From a virus: a DNA stretch of 33,727 nt. Shown one piece after another: positions 7,190-15,745 of the stretch. Below the pieces are notes generated by a model. It was not told the DNA's origin. It did no database searches and was given only the letters and a program-made list of their open reading frames with translations. Location of the stretch: IMG/VR virus record IMGVR_UViG_3300033156_000380; one strand, 5' to 3'. How positions within the stretch are numbered: position 1 is the stretch's first letter; each line of letters opens with the position of its first letter. The position numbers and the translations under genes were made by a program.

Positions 7190-7605
7190 AATAACACCGC
7201 CACTAATAATATTATTAAAACCAAACTACCCACCGCCCCCAGCCTTGAGTATCTCCTTAATCTGTTGTATCTTTTCTCTAATTGCTCGTACTTGTTCAAT
7301 AGCTCTTGATAGTTCTCCTGATATTCTTGTAGTACCTTCTGATAACTCTCCAGCAATTCTTTCTGCTTCTGCAATTCGTTTTCTGTACTCTGCAATTTCA
7401 TATTCGAGTTGCTCAACACTTCTTGCAAACTCCTGATTTTGTCTTGATAATCTTTCATTAATTTTTGAATATTTATCAACCTCTCTTCCAAGCTCAGCAA
7501 TTCTTTCTCTATACTCTCTGTTAGCTGTAGAGCCTCTCCACCATAACAAACCGAATATGACACAAATAATAAGCAGAATAATAATAATATATTTTTCCAT
7601 TTCAC
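7186..7605 (-). CDS. +1-frame ORF overlapping all of 7226..7600: putative membrane coiled-coil protein with hydrophobic N- and C-termini, 139 aa
   Basis: Open for 139 codons in the +1 frame of the previous gene. The GTG start overlaps the upstream TGA (GTGA). The TGA stop overlaps the downstream ATG (ATGA). The product has an N-terminal hydrophobic segment, heptad repeats and the C-terminal TMD LGAVGSLVLIILLVAVLL. Confidence 0.4.
   Translation of the reverse strand: MKWKNILLLFCLLFVSYSVCYGGEALQLTESIEKELLSLEERLINIQKLMKDYQDKIRSLQEVLSNSNMKLQSTENELQKQKELLESYQKVLQEYQENYQELLNKYEQLEKRYNRLRRYSRLGAVGSLVLIILLVAVLL
7226..7600 (-). CDS. i-spanin-like membrane protein (N-terminal TMD plus long coiled coil), 124 aa
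   Basis: The ATG at 7600 lies 4 nt after GGAGGTGA. IIIILLIICVIFGLLWW TMD then an Arg/Glu/Ala-rich coiled coil. Third codon positions are strongly A/T in this frame. Confidence 0.7.
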   Translation of the reverse strand: MEKYIIIILLIICVIFGLLWWRGSTANREYRERIAELGREVDKYSKINERLSRQNQEFARSVEQLEYEIAEYRKRIAEAERIAGELSEGTTRISGELSRAIEQVRAIREKIQQIKEILKAGGGG

Positions 7606-7946
7606 CTCCGTTTATTCTCCCTCAGAAATTTATTTATTTTCTTTTTGATTATTTCCAGTGTCTTTATACAGTCCATACCATAGTGCCTTCTTTCCTTGTA
7701 ATTTTCATATTGTCCATTTAAAAATCTTATCAAGTCATCAAGGTGCTCATCAAATTCCCATTCATTATCTGTGAATTTCTCAATCAGATTATTTTTTGCT
7801 TTCGATATACTAACATAATTATGACACAATAATTCTATTTGCTTTACAATGCCCTCAATTTCTTCCCCCCTGTCCGACATCTCCTCAAGCTTATTCATCA
7901 TCTTTTGCATTTTATTCATGTACATTATTTCTGTTATATTCTCCAT
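7602..7946 (-). CDS. Hypothetical soluble protein in the lysis cassette, 114 aa
   Basis: ORF track; starts 2 nt after the endolysin stop. Confidence 0.6.
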   Translation of the reverse strand: MENITEIMYMNKMQKMMNKLEEMSDRGEEIEGIVKQIELLCHNYVSISKAKNNLIEKFTDNEWEFDEHLDDLIRFLNGQYENYKERRHYGMDCIKTLEIIKKKINKFLRENKRR

Positions 7947-7947
7947 T

Positions 7948-8295
7948 TTAAACTCGCCTTCTTTCGAAGTGAGGAGTATCTATAAAATCTCCCTTATAAT
8001 TTCCACCCCATCGGTTGAGGGGATTAAGACTTTCCCAAAAATCTCCAATCGGCTGTAATATTTCTTTCGCATACGTAAGCTTTCCATTCACCCAGATATT
8101 ATAATCACGAGCTAACCTATATCCGTGGGGCCCCTTTTCCTTGATTTTGCTCTTTCCTTGCTCATAATAGATTTTTTGCATTTCATCAGGACGCCATGCC
8201 TCTCCATAAGTATATTTGTATCCATGATTTATCATCCAAAGCTCGAGTAGGACGCAATCTTTCGCAAACTCAAATTGTTGGTCGCTGAGTTTCAT
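7948..8295 (-). CDS. Endolysin, M15-family (VanY/Peptidase_M15_4-like) zinc peptidase, 115 aa
   Basis: Motifs PHGYRLARD (H..A.D) and NRWGGNYKGDFIDTPHFE (WGG...D..HFE). Single-domain, with no cell-wall-binding domain. Confidence 0.85.
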   Translation of the reverse strand: MKLSDQQFEFAKDCVLLELWMINHGYKYTYGEAWRPDEMQKIYYEQGKSKIKEKGPHGYRLARDYNIWVNGKLTYAKEILQPIGDFWESLNPLNRWGGNYKGDFIDTPHFERRRV

Positions 8296-8322
8296 TTTTA
8301 AACAACCCCCTTCACTAAATAT

Positions 8323-9414
8323 TTATACCCCCCAGGGGGCATAAGAAACATATCCTATTCGAATCCCTGCCACAAATCCTTTTTTCGGTTCGCCTGTCTG
8401 TGTTGGAGGATCAATAAGTATTCTCATCTGGTATTGATAACTGGCATAATTCAGCACAATATTTACAGATGAATGAACTTCTTGTTCGTCGTTAGCATCT
8501 ATAACTGCATAACCGCAACTTGTCCAGGTATCAACATTTCTCGCAGCTCTCATAATATACAACCAAGTTTCTCTACCAGAACCATAAGGCCCTTTACCAT
8601 AAAATCTTATTTCATTGATCTTCACACCGTCTGGAAGCATTATTGGAAAAACTGCTATTAACTCTCCTTCTCCATAATCTGGCCCGATTAAATGATTATC
8701 CCACCAAGGGTCTCCATGGTAGCTATAACCTTCATAGCCTGTACGAATGGGTTGAAATGCTGTTGCGTTTAAACTCCAATAATTTTGAACCTCACTTTCA
8801 AACTGCGTATTATTATCTATTCTTGTAGGATGATTATTCGCATTTGCATTTTTAAGTCTTTTGTAAGTACTTCCGTCTGGCAAATCATCTAATGTTTTGC
8901 CACTGAAATATTTATACGTAGAGCCTTCAGGAATATTGTCTAAACTTACACTCCCAGTCCCCCCAAATCCACTTATATGCTGTGCCTCTACTGCATCATT
9001 GTTTATACTTGAAGCAGTGATTTTATTCGATGAAACTCCAGCAACTTTTTTATATGTGCCCCCATCTGGTATGTTATCAAGACTCCCCCCTGCACTTGCA
9101 GCCTGAGTCAAAGTCACATTGTGCGGATTTGAAGTGTTCTCCTTGTGGTTATATGCGTCTTGCAATGTCATTGCAGGATTAGTCCACCAGTTCGCCTTCC
9201 CCGTTATTGCCTTTATCCTGTTCGCAAACCAGTCAAGAAACTGCCTCAAATACCCCGTGCTCGAACTCGGCGCTTGACTCTGATCAATGTCCCTACTCCC
9301 CAGCTCTACCGCATTGACATCTCCTTCAATCCTGTTAAGGTCATCGTCACCCACAGGGTCTGAAGCTGTCCAGTCAGTCTTTGGTGCTTGCCATCCGCTT
9401 GGTGCTGTCCCCAT
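8323..9414 (-). CDS. Tail fibre / receptor-binding protein, 363 aa
   Basis: The N-terminal W.APKTDWTASDPVGDDDLNRIEGDVNAVE motif is common in fibre proteins. Three LD(N/D)(I/L)P(D/E)G(G/S)TYK repeats. RBS GGAGGAGGAAAAAG upstream. Confidence 0.7.
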   Translation of the reverse strand: MGTAPSGWQAPKTDWTASDPVGDDDLNRIEGDVNAVELGSRDIDQSQAPSSSTGYLRQFLDWFANRIKAITGKANWWTNPAMTLQDAYNHKENTSNPHNVTLTQAASAGGSLDNIPDGGTYKKVAGVSSNKITASSINNDAVEAQHISGFGGTGSVSLDNIPEGSTYKYFSGKTLDDLPDGSTYKRLKNANANNHPTRIDNNTQFESEVQNYWSLNATAFQPIRTGYEGYSYHGDPWWDNHLIGPDYGEGELIAVFPIMLPDGVKINEIRFYGKGPYGSGRETWLYIMRAARNVDTWTSCGYAVIDANDEQEVHSSVNIVLNYASYQYQMRILIDPPTQTGEPKKGFVAGIRIGYVSYAPWGV

Positions 9415-9568
9415 CTTTTTCCTCCTCCAATTTTGCTTTTTCTATTGCATCAACTAATTCATCAACCAATCTCAAATTATCTTTCAACTCTTTTCTGTTG
9501 CCCGTAAATTGTATTTTGTTCAATATTTCAAGTAGAAATGTTCTGTGTTCTTCTTTGTCGATTATCAT
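9374..9568 (-). CDS. Hypothetical protein, 64 aa
   Basis: ORF track; lies between the fibre genes. Confidence 0.45.
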   Translation of the reverse strand: MIIDKEEHRTFLLEILNKIQFTGNRKELKDNLRLVDELVDAIEKAKLEEEKDGDSTKRMASTKD

Positions 9569-9783
9569 TCTTTCTCTCCTATATAAGCTCCAGCCTCTAT
9601 AAGGAATCTCTTGAAAGCCTTGTATATTTCTTTATCATTCTCAATTAGATTCCCTCTCACAAAGACGTTGCCATCTTCTTCTATTCTAATTACTTCCCTA
9701 TCGTTAAAACCAAAACTAATATATTTTGGTGGTATTTTCACTTTATTATCATTGTCAATTATTAATTCTTTGTCTAATTTCAT
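9565..9783 (-). CDS. Hypothetical protein, 72 aa
   Basis: ORF track; lies between the fibre genes. Confidence 0.45.
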   Translation of the reverse strand: MKLDKELIIDNDNKVKIPPKYISFGFNDREVIRIEEDGNVFVRGNLIENDKEIYKAFKRFLIEAGAYIGEKE

Positions 9784-10768
9784 TAATTTGCTCCTCTAAT
9801 TGAGATATTCTATTATTCATCCTTAATACAATTTCTGCCATTGCATAAACCAAACTTCCAAAGTCTATCCCGCTTTTCTCCCCCTTTTTATATTGCATCT
9901 TTGTTTCTATAAAATCTTTTTTCTTTTCATCATATCTATAAACAGGTCCCACTAATCTATCTTCCTCTGCTATTGTAGCTATATCGTCATGCACTTTTGA
10001 AAAGTCGATGTGCGGGAAAGCTTTTCCATTTGGATTTGATTTATGAAATATTCCATCATTACGTGGATGTAAATCTATAATCTTTATAAGCTCATCATCA
10101 GAATAATCTTTAAAATTAGCACACGTCCAATCGTTTAATGAATGATAACTTATTTCTCCTGTATTTGCATCGAGTCGTACCGTTTCCGTGTCAGTATTAT
10201 CTCCTTTATATATCCGTAACTGCCTTCCAGCAGAAGTATTCGTATATCGATAAAATCTTACTGGACAAGCAGCAGTAGAAACATCAGGAAAATCAATATC
10301 CAGAGGTGTCCATAAATCATCTCCAAAAGTTACATATAATTTTCTTTGAATTCCAACATCTCCATCTACATGGAAAAGATATGATGGAGTTATACCAATA
10401 CCAACGTTACCGTTCATTCCTAATACCGTTTTCCCACTATACACTCCTAATATTTCTCCTGGTTGTGCTGATAAAGACATAGAATGACTATGATCATAAT
10501 TAGATTTCAATGTTACAGAGTAAGTATCAGACTTGTAGTTTTGTAAGTATAAACCTACAGCATTTCCTGCTCCCGAACCCTGATTAGCTCGTATCGGCCA
10601 TGCCCCACCAATTACATCTAACTTCACCTCCGGACTCTTCCCAATCCCAACTCCAGTCCCGTTAATAACCGCTTCTGTCCCCGCTTTTAGATAAATCTTT
10701 TTCCCCGTTCTCGCTTCAATTATTACATGCCCATCTTCAATCCTGATAGGATTCACAATATTAAGCAC
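9755..10768 (-). CDS. Tail fibre/spike protein with possible C-terminal S74-type intramolecular chaperone domain, 337 aa
   Basis: Gly-rich beta-helix-like N-terminal part. YSDDELIKII...GIDFGSLVYAMAEIVLRMNNRISQLEEQ resembles the endosialidase chaperone domain. Confidence 0.6.
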   Translation of the reverse strand: MLNIVNPIRIEDGHVIIEARTGKKIYLKAGTEAVINGTGVGIGKSPEVKLDVIGGAWPIRANQGSGAGNAVGLYLQNYKSDTYSVTLKSNYDHSHSMSLSAQPGEILGVYSGKTVLGMNGNVGIGITPSYLFHVDGDVGIQRKLYVTFGDDLWTPLDIDFPDVSTAACPVRFYRYTNTSAGRQLRIYKGDNTDTETVRLDANTGEISYHSLNDWTCANFKDYSDDELIKIIDLHPRNDGIFHKSNPNGKAFPHIDFSKVHDDIATIAEEDRLVGPVYRYDEKKKDFIETKMQYKKGEKSGIDFGSLVYAMAEIVLRMNNRISQLEEQINEIRQRINN

Positions 10769-12653
10769 TTTTCCTCCTCCCCTTCATTGTTGCCCTCAAA
10801 ACCCCATCATACTCAAGGTTTTGCTGTACTATATAGAAATCCGCCTCAGTTTCGTCTTTATAATCGTATGTCCTTATTAAGTCGGTTAGCTCAAGTGCAG
10901 GGTCTCCTCTCCACTCCATATCCAAATCTCTCCTTGGTTCTTTATAAACTTCAAGTAATTTATTGGCTATCTTTTGTGCCAATGTTTTACTCTGCACAAA
11001 ATGATTTTCCGCAAACTCGTATTCCAGAACCCCATTTTCCGTTATGCTTGTGCTGTCTTCTGCAACAACCTCCTCAGGCTCAACTACTTTAAGTGGTTTC
11101 CCTTTCACATATAGATACACATCATGTTCCGACGTGTCCGTATTCTCCAATTTCACCACTGCCCCCCAAGCATAATATGTTGCCGACTTGACTGAACACC
11201 CAGTTGGTGCATCCTCAATTAGTGCCTCAGCCTCCATTACAGGTTTTGACGTATAAAATACCGTAACTGTCTTCTCGCTTTCCGCCCCGACGGTTATACC
11301 CTCTGTCGATGTATAAACGTCCTCTTTTGACACCGTGGGTTTGAACGGTTGTGTTTTTACGATTATTTTGTTTTTCACCGACTCGTATCTCGACGGTATG
11401 TTTTTTGAGTATATTTTGTCAAGCCCTATTGTCTTTGACGGGTCAGTTATGCTATCAAGAAAGCTCGGCCCCTCTACCCTCAACACTCCATTCCTATCAA
11501 TATAAGCCTGTCCCATTCCAGCTTCAACGACAAGCCTTAAAGCCTCCCGATATGTAATATTGTCAAGATAAGCGTATGGTATTGTATAATCTGCCCCGTC
11601 CAGTTCCGTGTCAATCCAGAATTCCCCATCAACTTCCGACAATCCATAATCCTCCAGTATATCTTTCGCCAGATCGTATAAAGTCACGTTCTGCAAAACT
11701 CCCGATGTAGTATATTTCTTCTTTGCCAAATCTTCCATCAGGTCAACCGCAGATGTTTCAGCATACAACCCATCCTCCGGTACATTCCAGTCTCCACTGT
11801 GGAATTTTCCCAGTGGTATCCATTCAATGCTTCCGTCCACCTTGCACCCAAGCCATGCTCTCACTATTCTGTTTGGTTTTACCAGATTCCTGAACGGACT
11901 ATTTGGATTTCCGGCATCATACATCCTGTCTTTATTTAATACCCTGATCTGCAATTCATTTGCCGATATATTTCCCACAGGCAACGAACCTACCGAAACA
12001 TCTCTTTCCTCAAGTAGGCTTATAAGAAACACTTCATCCCCCTCGTGTATAGTTCTCATACTCGACATTGCCGACACTATTTTGCATTGCCTACCCCCAT
12101 GACTCCACTTTTTTATTGTATATACTATTTTCACAATATCTACAAGTGCCAATTCCTTTTCCCATTTTACTATTGTATTGCCAGTTACATTTTCCGAATG
12201 TTCCAGTACATCCTCTTCCTTGTAGAAATCTATATCGAAATCTTCGGGATACTCCTCTCTTTTCGAATCTCCATAACATTTTATTATACCAATCGGTCTT
12301 GCCGAAAAAGTTAATGTCATTACCGGATTAGTAGTCCAATCTTTTGTTATTTCATCCGACAATTCCGCACCCCACCATCCAACTTCATTCATCGCCTCCT
12401 CACTCTCGTTTGGCATCGGATGATATGTACCATCAGCAAGACAACTCCCGTCCAATGAAAGCCATTTATATCTTGGGTCATCAATCACATTTATTAGATG
12501 CATTTTGTACGAAATTCTTGCCTCATTGTTCACCTGCACCTCAATATTTTGATCGTATTCAGGGGAAGTCCAGTCTATTTGTACTTTCCCGTATACTTTT
12601 CTTAATGTTCTTTTGTCTATCTCATTTTTGTATTCAGCCGATGTTTCTATCAT
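10761..12653 (-). CDS. Tail tip / Tal-like minor tail protein, 630 aa
   Basis: Called from its size and its position two genes downstream of the tape measure. Contains the motif EVGWWGAELSD. Confidence 0.65.
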   Translation of the reverse strand: MIETSAEYKNEIDKRTLRKVYGKVQIDWTSPEYDQNIEVQVNNEARISYKMHLINVIDDPRYKWLSLDGSCLADGTYHPMPNESEEAMNEVGWWGAELSDEITKDWTTNPVMTLTFSARPIGIIKCYGDSKREEYPEDFDIDFYKEEDVLEHSENVTGNTIVKWEKELALVDIVKIVYTIKKWSHGGRQCKIVSAMSSMRTIHEGDEVFLISLLEERDVSVGSLPVGNISANELQIRVLNKDRMYDAGNPNSPFRNLVKPNRIVRAWLGCKVDGSIEWIPLGKFHSGDWNVPEDGLYAETSAVDLMEDLAKKKYTTSGVLQNVTLYDLAKDILEDYGLSEVDGEFWIDTELDGADYTIPYAYLDNITYREALRLVVEAGMGQAYIDRNGVLRVEGPSFLDSITDPSKTIGLDKIYSKNIPSRYESVKNKIIVKTQPFKPTVSKEDVYTSTEGITVGAESEKTVTVFYTSKPVMEAEALIEDAPTGCSVKSATYYAWGAVVKLENTDTSEHDVYLYVKGKPLKVVEPEEVVAEDSTSITENGVLEYEFAENHFVQSKTLAQKIANKLLEVYKEPRRDLDMEWRGDPALELTDLIRTYDYKDETEADFYIVQQNLEYDGVLRATMKGRRKSA

Positions 12654-12656
12654 AAT

Positions 12657-13025
12657 TCATACCTCAATAAGTGATATTACAACCCCTTCCCATTCCCAAT
12701 CTCCCAATACACTCACCCTCTTTTTCTCAATCGGCATCATCTTCACCGTGTAACTCGACCATTCTCCCGTCCTTTCCTCAACTAAAAGTGATAACTCCGT
12801 CAAGTTATCATATAACCCTATTATCGTTTCCAGATCAGTACCTTTCAGAGAACTATATTCTATCCTGAACTCCTTTTTTGTCGCTATTATGTCACTTACA
12901 AGAGTCCCATCAATCGTTCTATCTTCTCTTGCTATTTCCACCGTTCTTTCGCTATATGTCATCCCGTATGGTGTTAATTCTATTTCATTATCCGGCAACC
13001 CCAGTTTTATGTTTCCTATTTCCAT
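12657..13025 (-). CDS. Distal-tail-like small tail component, 122 aa
   Basis: The track ORF starts at TTG 13043. The ATG at 13025 follows AAGGGGATGAG and lies just after the TMP stop. Assigned by position only. Confidence 0.5.
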   Translation of the reverse strand: MEIGNIKLGLPDNEIELTPYGMTYSERTVEIAREDRTIDGTLVSDIIATKKEFRIEYSSLKGTDLETIIGLYDNLTELSLLVEERTGEWSSYTVKMMPIEKKRVSVLGDWEWEGVVISLIEV

Positions 13026-13026
13026 C

Positions 13027-15153
13027 TCATCCCCTTTCGCCAAATCTTATATTCTCTTGTATTCTGATATCTCTCAATTTTCTTTCCAATTTTTTCAAAC
13101 CATATTCATCCGCTACCAATGTCCCTATGTTCAACGTCACCGGCCTACTTATTGCCCCTCTCCTTGCTTCAAGCCTCGAAACAATCCCTTCAGCCAGCCC
13201 CTCAAAACTTTTTTCCGTCAACGGTATTACAGCTTCACTTGCCTGCCCTTCTCCCACCATTGCCATTACGGGTTTTTGCACAATTGCACCTTCCTGCAAA
13301 GCCCTTATTCCCTGTGCCGCCAGAAACAAACCTGCCGACGCAGCTGCATATTTTACCGCTTTCCCCCATTGCAATGTGACTGTAAACATTGCTGCCAGTG
13401 CTGAGTATTTTTTTGCCAAGCCAGTCAAAACTGATGCAATCAAATCTTTTACAGCTTCTTTTATTTTTTTTGTGGTATCTCCTGTTGTTGTCCATATTGC
13501 TTCCCATGAATCTGCAAATGAATCTGCCAGAATTTTTTGATACCATTTCAGTTTCCCATATTCTTCCATCATGGTTTCTACTGCATCGCTGGTTTTATTT
13601 TTCATATTATCACCCAGCTTGCCAAACCATTTAGATATCTCCTCTACCATTTCAGGTATTATTGATTCTCCAACCGTAAAATCAAAAAGATCTTGAAAAA
13701 ACCCTTTCACCTTTCCTATTGCACCTTTGATTTTTTCTACTATTGTGTTGAATTTATCAACAAGATATGTCTGGAAAAAACCTGCTATTTTCTCAAGCAC
13801 TTCTTTCAAGAAAGCCTTAACTTCATCCCAGTTTTTAATGATCAATAACGCTGCCGCAGCCGCAGCCGTGATAGCCAATATCATCCATCCCGCAGGCCCC
13901 ATAGCTCCCATTATGATCGGTTGCAATGCCGTTACAACAGGCGCAATTGCACTTATAGCAGTAATCATCTGCCCTAACACAATAAGCAAAGGCCCGATTG
14001 CTGCAGCAACTCCGGCCACAATAATTCCTACCTTAAAAAGTATAGGATTCGCTTCACTCAGATTTCTTATTAATTCTGCTGCTTTTCCTACAAAGTTTGT
14101 TGCCCATTCAAGCAAACCGGACTCAGCTATGGCCAAAGCTAACCCTTCTATCGCACTCATAAAAGCCTTAAATTCACCTCTTAATCCTTGCATTGTTACG
14201 TCTGCCATCCTTTTTGCTGTCCCATCAGCATTCTCAAGACTATCTCGTAAATCTGCAAAAGAATCTGCGCCCTGTTTGACAAGTGCAGCCATAGCAGGCC
14301 CTGCCCTCTGGCCAAATATCTGCATAATTTCCGCAGTGGAAGCTCCTGAGTCTTCTAACTGCCGGATAATATCCTCCATTGATCTTAAGTTTCCATCTGC
14401 ATCTAAAACTTTTATACCTAATTCATTCATAATCTCGGTGGCTTCATCACTTGGGGTTAAAAGCCTGGAAATGGCTTGTCGCAAAGATGTGCCGGCCATA
14501 GACCCTTGGATGCCTGCATTACCCATCATCCCTATGGCAGCTGCTGTCTCTTCAATTGTAAGGCCTGCTCCACTCGCTATTGGCCCGACATATTTAAAGG
14601 ATTCACCTAACATGTTCAAATCTGTATTAGTGCTGGTCATAGTTTGTGCAAGCACATCATTCACATGACTCAGGTCATCAACATTTATACCGAAACCGGT
14701 CAAAATGTTTGAAACAATATCAGCTGCACTTCCTAAGTCCATTGACGCCGTGGCAGCCAGCTCAAGAGTCCCGGGCATAGCCCCCAAGATTTCATTCGTA
14801 TCAAATCCCGCCATTCCCAGAAAATTCATTGCTTCAGCAGCCTGCGAGGCACTAAACTGTGTGGTTCTTCCCAGCTCTTTAGCTTGATTTTCCAACGCTT
14901 CGAAATCTTCACCAGCTGCTCCCGTGATAGCTTGAATTCTATTCATACTGAACTCAAAATCACTTGCAGCTTTCAGAACACCAACACCGACCCCCACAAT
15001 TGGTGCGGTAACGAACATGGACATCTTTTTACCGACATTCCTCATGTTTCTACCTGCATTTTCCAGCTTTTTTTGAACACTGGCGAGAGATGCATTAAAA
15101 TCTTTTGTATCTCCCATTATTGATATGAATATTTTCCCAAGTTCGCCTGCCAT
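13027..15153 (-). CDS. Tail tape measure protein, 708 aa
   Basis: Conserved TMP core (NMLGESFKYVGPIASGAGLTIEETAAAIGMMGNAGIQGSMAGTSLRQ), internal hydrophobic helices, and a position after the G/GT chaperone. Confidence 0.9.
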   Translation of the reverse strand: MAGELGKIFISIMGDTKDFNASLASVQKKLENAGRNMRNVGKKMSMFVTAPIVGVGVGVLKAASDFEFSMNRIQAITGAAGEDFEALENQAKELGRTTQFSASQAAEAMNFLGMAGFDTNEILGAMPGTLELAATASMDLGSAADIVSNILTGFGINVDDLSHVNDVLAQTMTSTNTDLNMLGESFKYVGPIASGAGLTIEETAAAIGMMGNAGIQGSMAGTSLRQAISRLLTPSDEATEIMNELGIKVLDADGNLRSMEDIIRQLEDSGASTAEIMQIFGQRAGPAMAALVKQGADSFADLRDSLENADGTAKRMADVTMQGLRGEFKAFMSAIEGLALAIAESGLLEWATNFVGKAAELIRNLSEANPILFKVGIIVAGVAAAIGPLLIVLGQMITAISAIAPVVTALQPIIMGAMGPAGWMILAITAAAAAALLIIKNWDEVKAFLKEVLEKIAGFFQTYLVDKFNTIVEKIKGAIGKVKGFFQDLFDFTVGESIIPEMVEEISKWFGKLGDNMKNKTSDAVETMMEEYGKLKWYQKILADSFADSWEAIWTTTGDTTKKIKEAVKDLIASVLTGLAKKYSALAAMFTVTLQWGKAVKYAAASAGLFLAAQGIRALQEGAIVQKPVMAMVGEGQASEAVIPLTEKSFEGLAEGIVSRLEARRGAISRPVTLNIGTLVADEYGLKKLERKLRDIRIQENIRFGERG

Positions 15154-15391
15154 TATCTTGATACCACCTTTCTGCCTTTCATCAATCTTTCTATTGCATC
15201 ATAATCCGGCTTATTATCTTTCTTTCTTGCCATTATTCTACCTTCCATAGGTATGTTTTTATAGTAGAGAAGAAACTGTTTCAAGCTCATTTTTTTAAGA
15301 ATATAATTTGGTGTTGCCCAAGGGTACCAATGTCCCATTTCACAAAACATTCTACCCAGCTCAATTTTTGCATTCTTTATGTTTTTTTTTC
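15153..15391 (-). CDS. gpT-like extension of the tail assembly chaperone, reached by -1 programmed frameshift
   Basis: The A9 run at 15390-15382 sits at the end of the chaperone ORF (GAA AAA AAA ACA TAA). The -1 frame reads K K N I K N A K I E L G R M F C E M... into track ORF 15153..15350 with no stop. Confidence 0.7.
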
Positions 15392-15730
15392 TCCTTCTCC
15401 AAATTGCTCAACCATCGGTGTCATGAGCTTCTGTATTAATATCGTCATCTGCTGTCCTGATATATTGTCTTTGACCCATTCCTCTGTGATTTCTTTATCT
15501 GCCCTGTTCAGAATTTTTATCACCGCCTTGTACATCGTATCCATGACCGTCCTCATTCCCGTTCCATCTGTTTTCCCATCACCCAGTTTCATAAACTCAT
15601 CGTAATGCTCTGCGATATCCAGCGTTACCTCAAACGGAATAAAATCTATTTCTATCACTTTACCCCCGATCTTGAACTTCTTCCCCTTAGGTTTTATCGC
15701 ATCCAGATCAATTATCTCATTATCTCCCAT
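15377..15730 (-). CDS. Tail assembly chaperone (gpG-like), 117 aa
   Basis: Position between the tube and tape measure genes, acidic small protein, slippery A-run at the 3' end. Confidence 0.75.
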   Translation of the reverse strand: MGDNEIIDLDAIKPKGKKFKIGGKVIEIDFIPFEVTLDIAEHYDEFMKLGDGKTDGTGMRTVMDTMYKAVIKILNRADKEITEEWVKDNISGQQMTILIQKLMTPMVEQFGEGEKKT

Positions 15731-15745
15731 TTGTTACCTCCCCGT

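Noticed and set aside
8323-10768. Diversity-generating retroelement (DGR) targeting the fibre genes
   Set aside because: There is no reverse transcriptase ORF anywhere in the genome, and I could find no template/variable DNA repeat pair. The fibre repeats are short in-frame protein repeats.
12789-12810. TGATAAC ... GTTATCA inverted pair inside the distal-tail-like gene, matching the origin iteron
   Set aside because: It is a single pair of 7-mers within coding sequence. That is expected by chance for an AT-rich 7-mer in 33 kb, and there is no adjacent AT tract or additional copies.
13235-13546. Same-strand alternate-frame ORFs inside the tape measure gene (13235..13546) and, elsewhere, the tail-tip gene (12091..12279), the capsid gene (19598..19798) and the helicase gene (32193..32429)
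   Set aside because: The translations look random (Arg/Gly/Cys/Asn-rich). They have no SD or coupling signals and no hydrophobic or structural pattern, unlike the 7186..7605 ORF.
12878-14668. Long plus-strand ORFs (12878..13540, 220 aa; 13727..14668, 313 aa; and others) antisense to the tape measure gene
   Set aside because: They are low-complexity Ser/Ala/Ile/Pro-rich translations with no SD and no recognisable motifs. They lie fully inside a confidently identified minus-strand gene. Ala/Gly-rich TMP codons leave the antisense frame open by chance. The same reasoning applies to all other plus-strand ORFs in the track.
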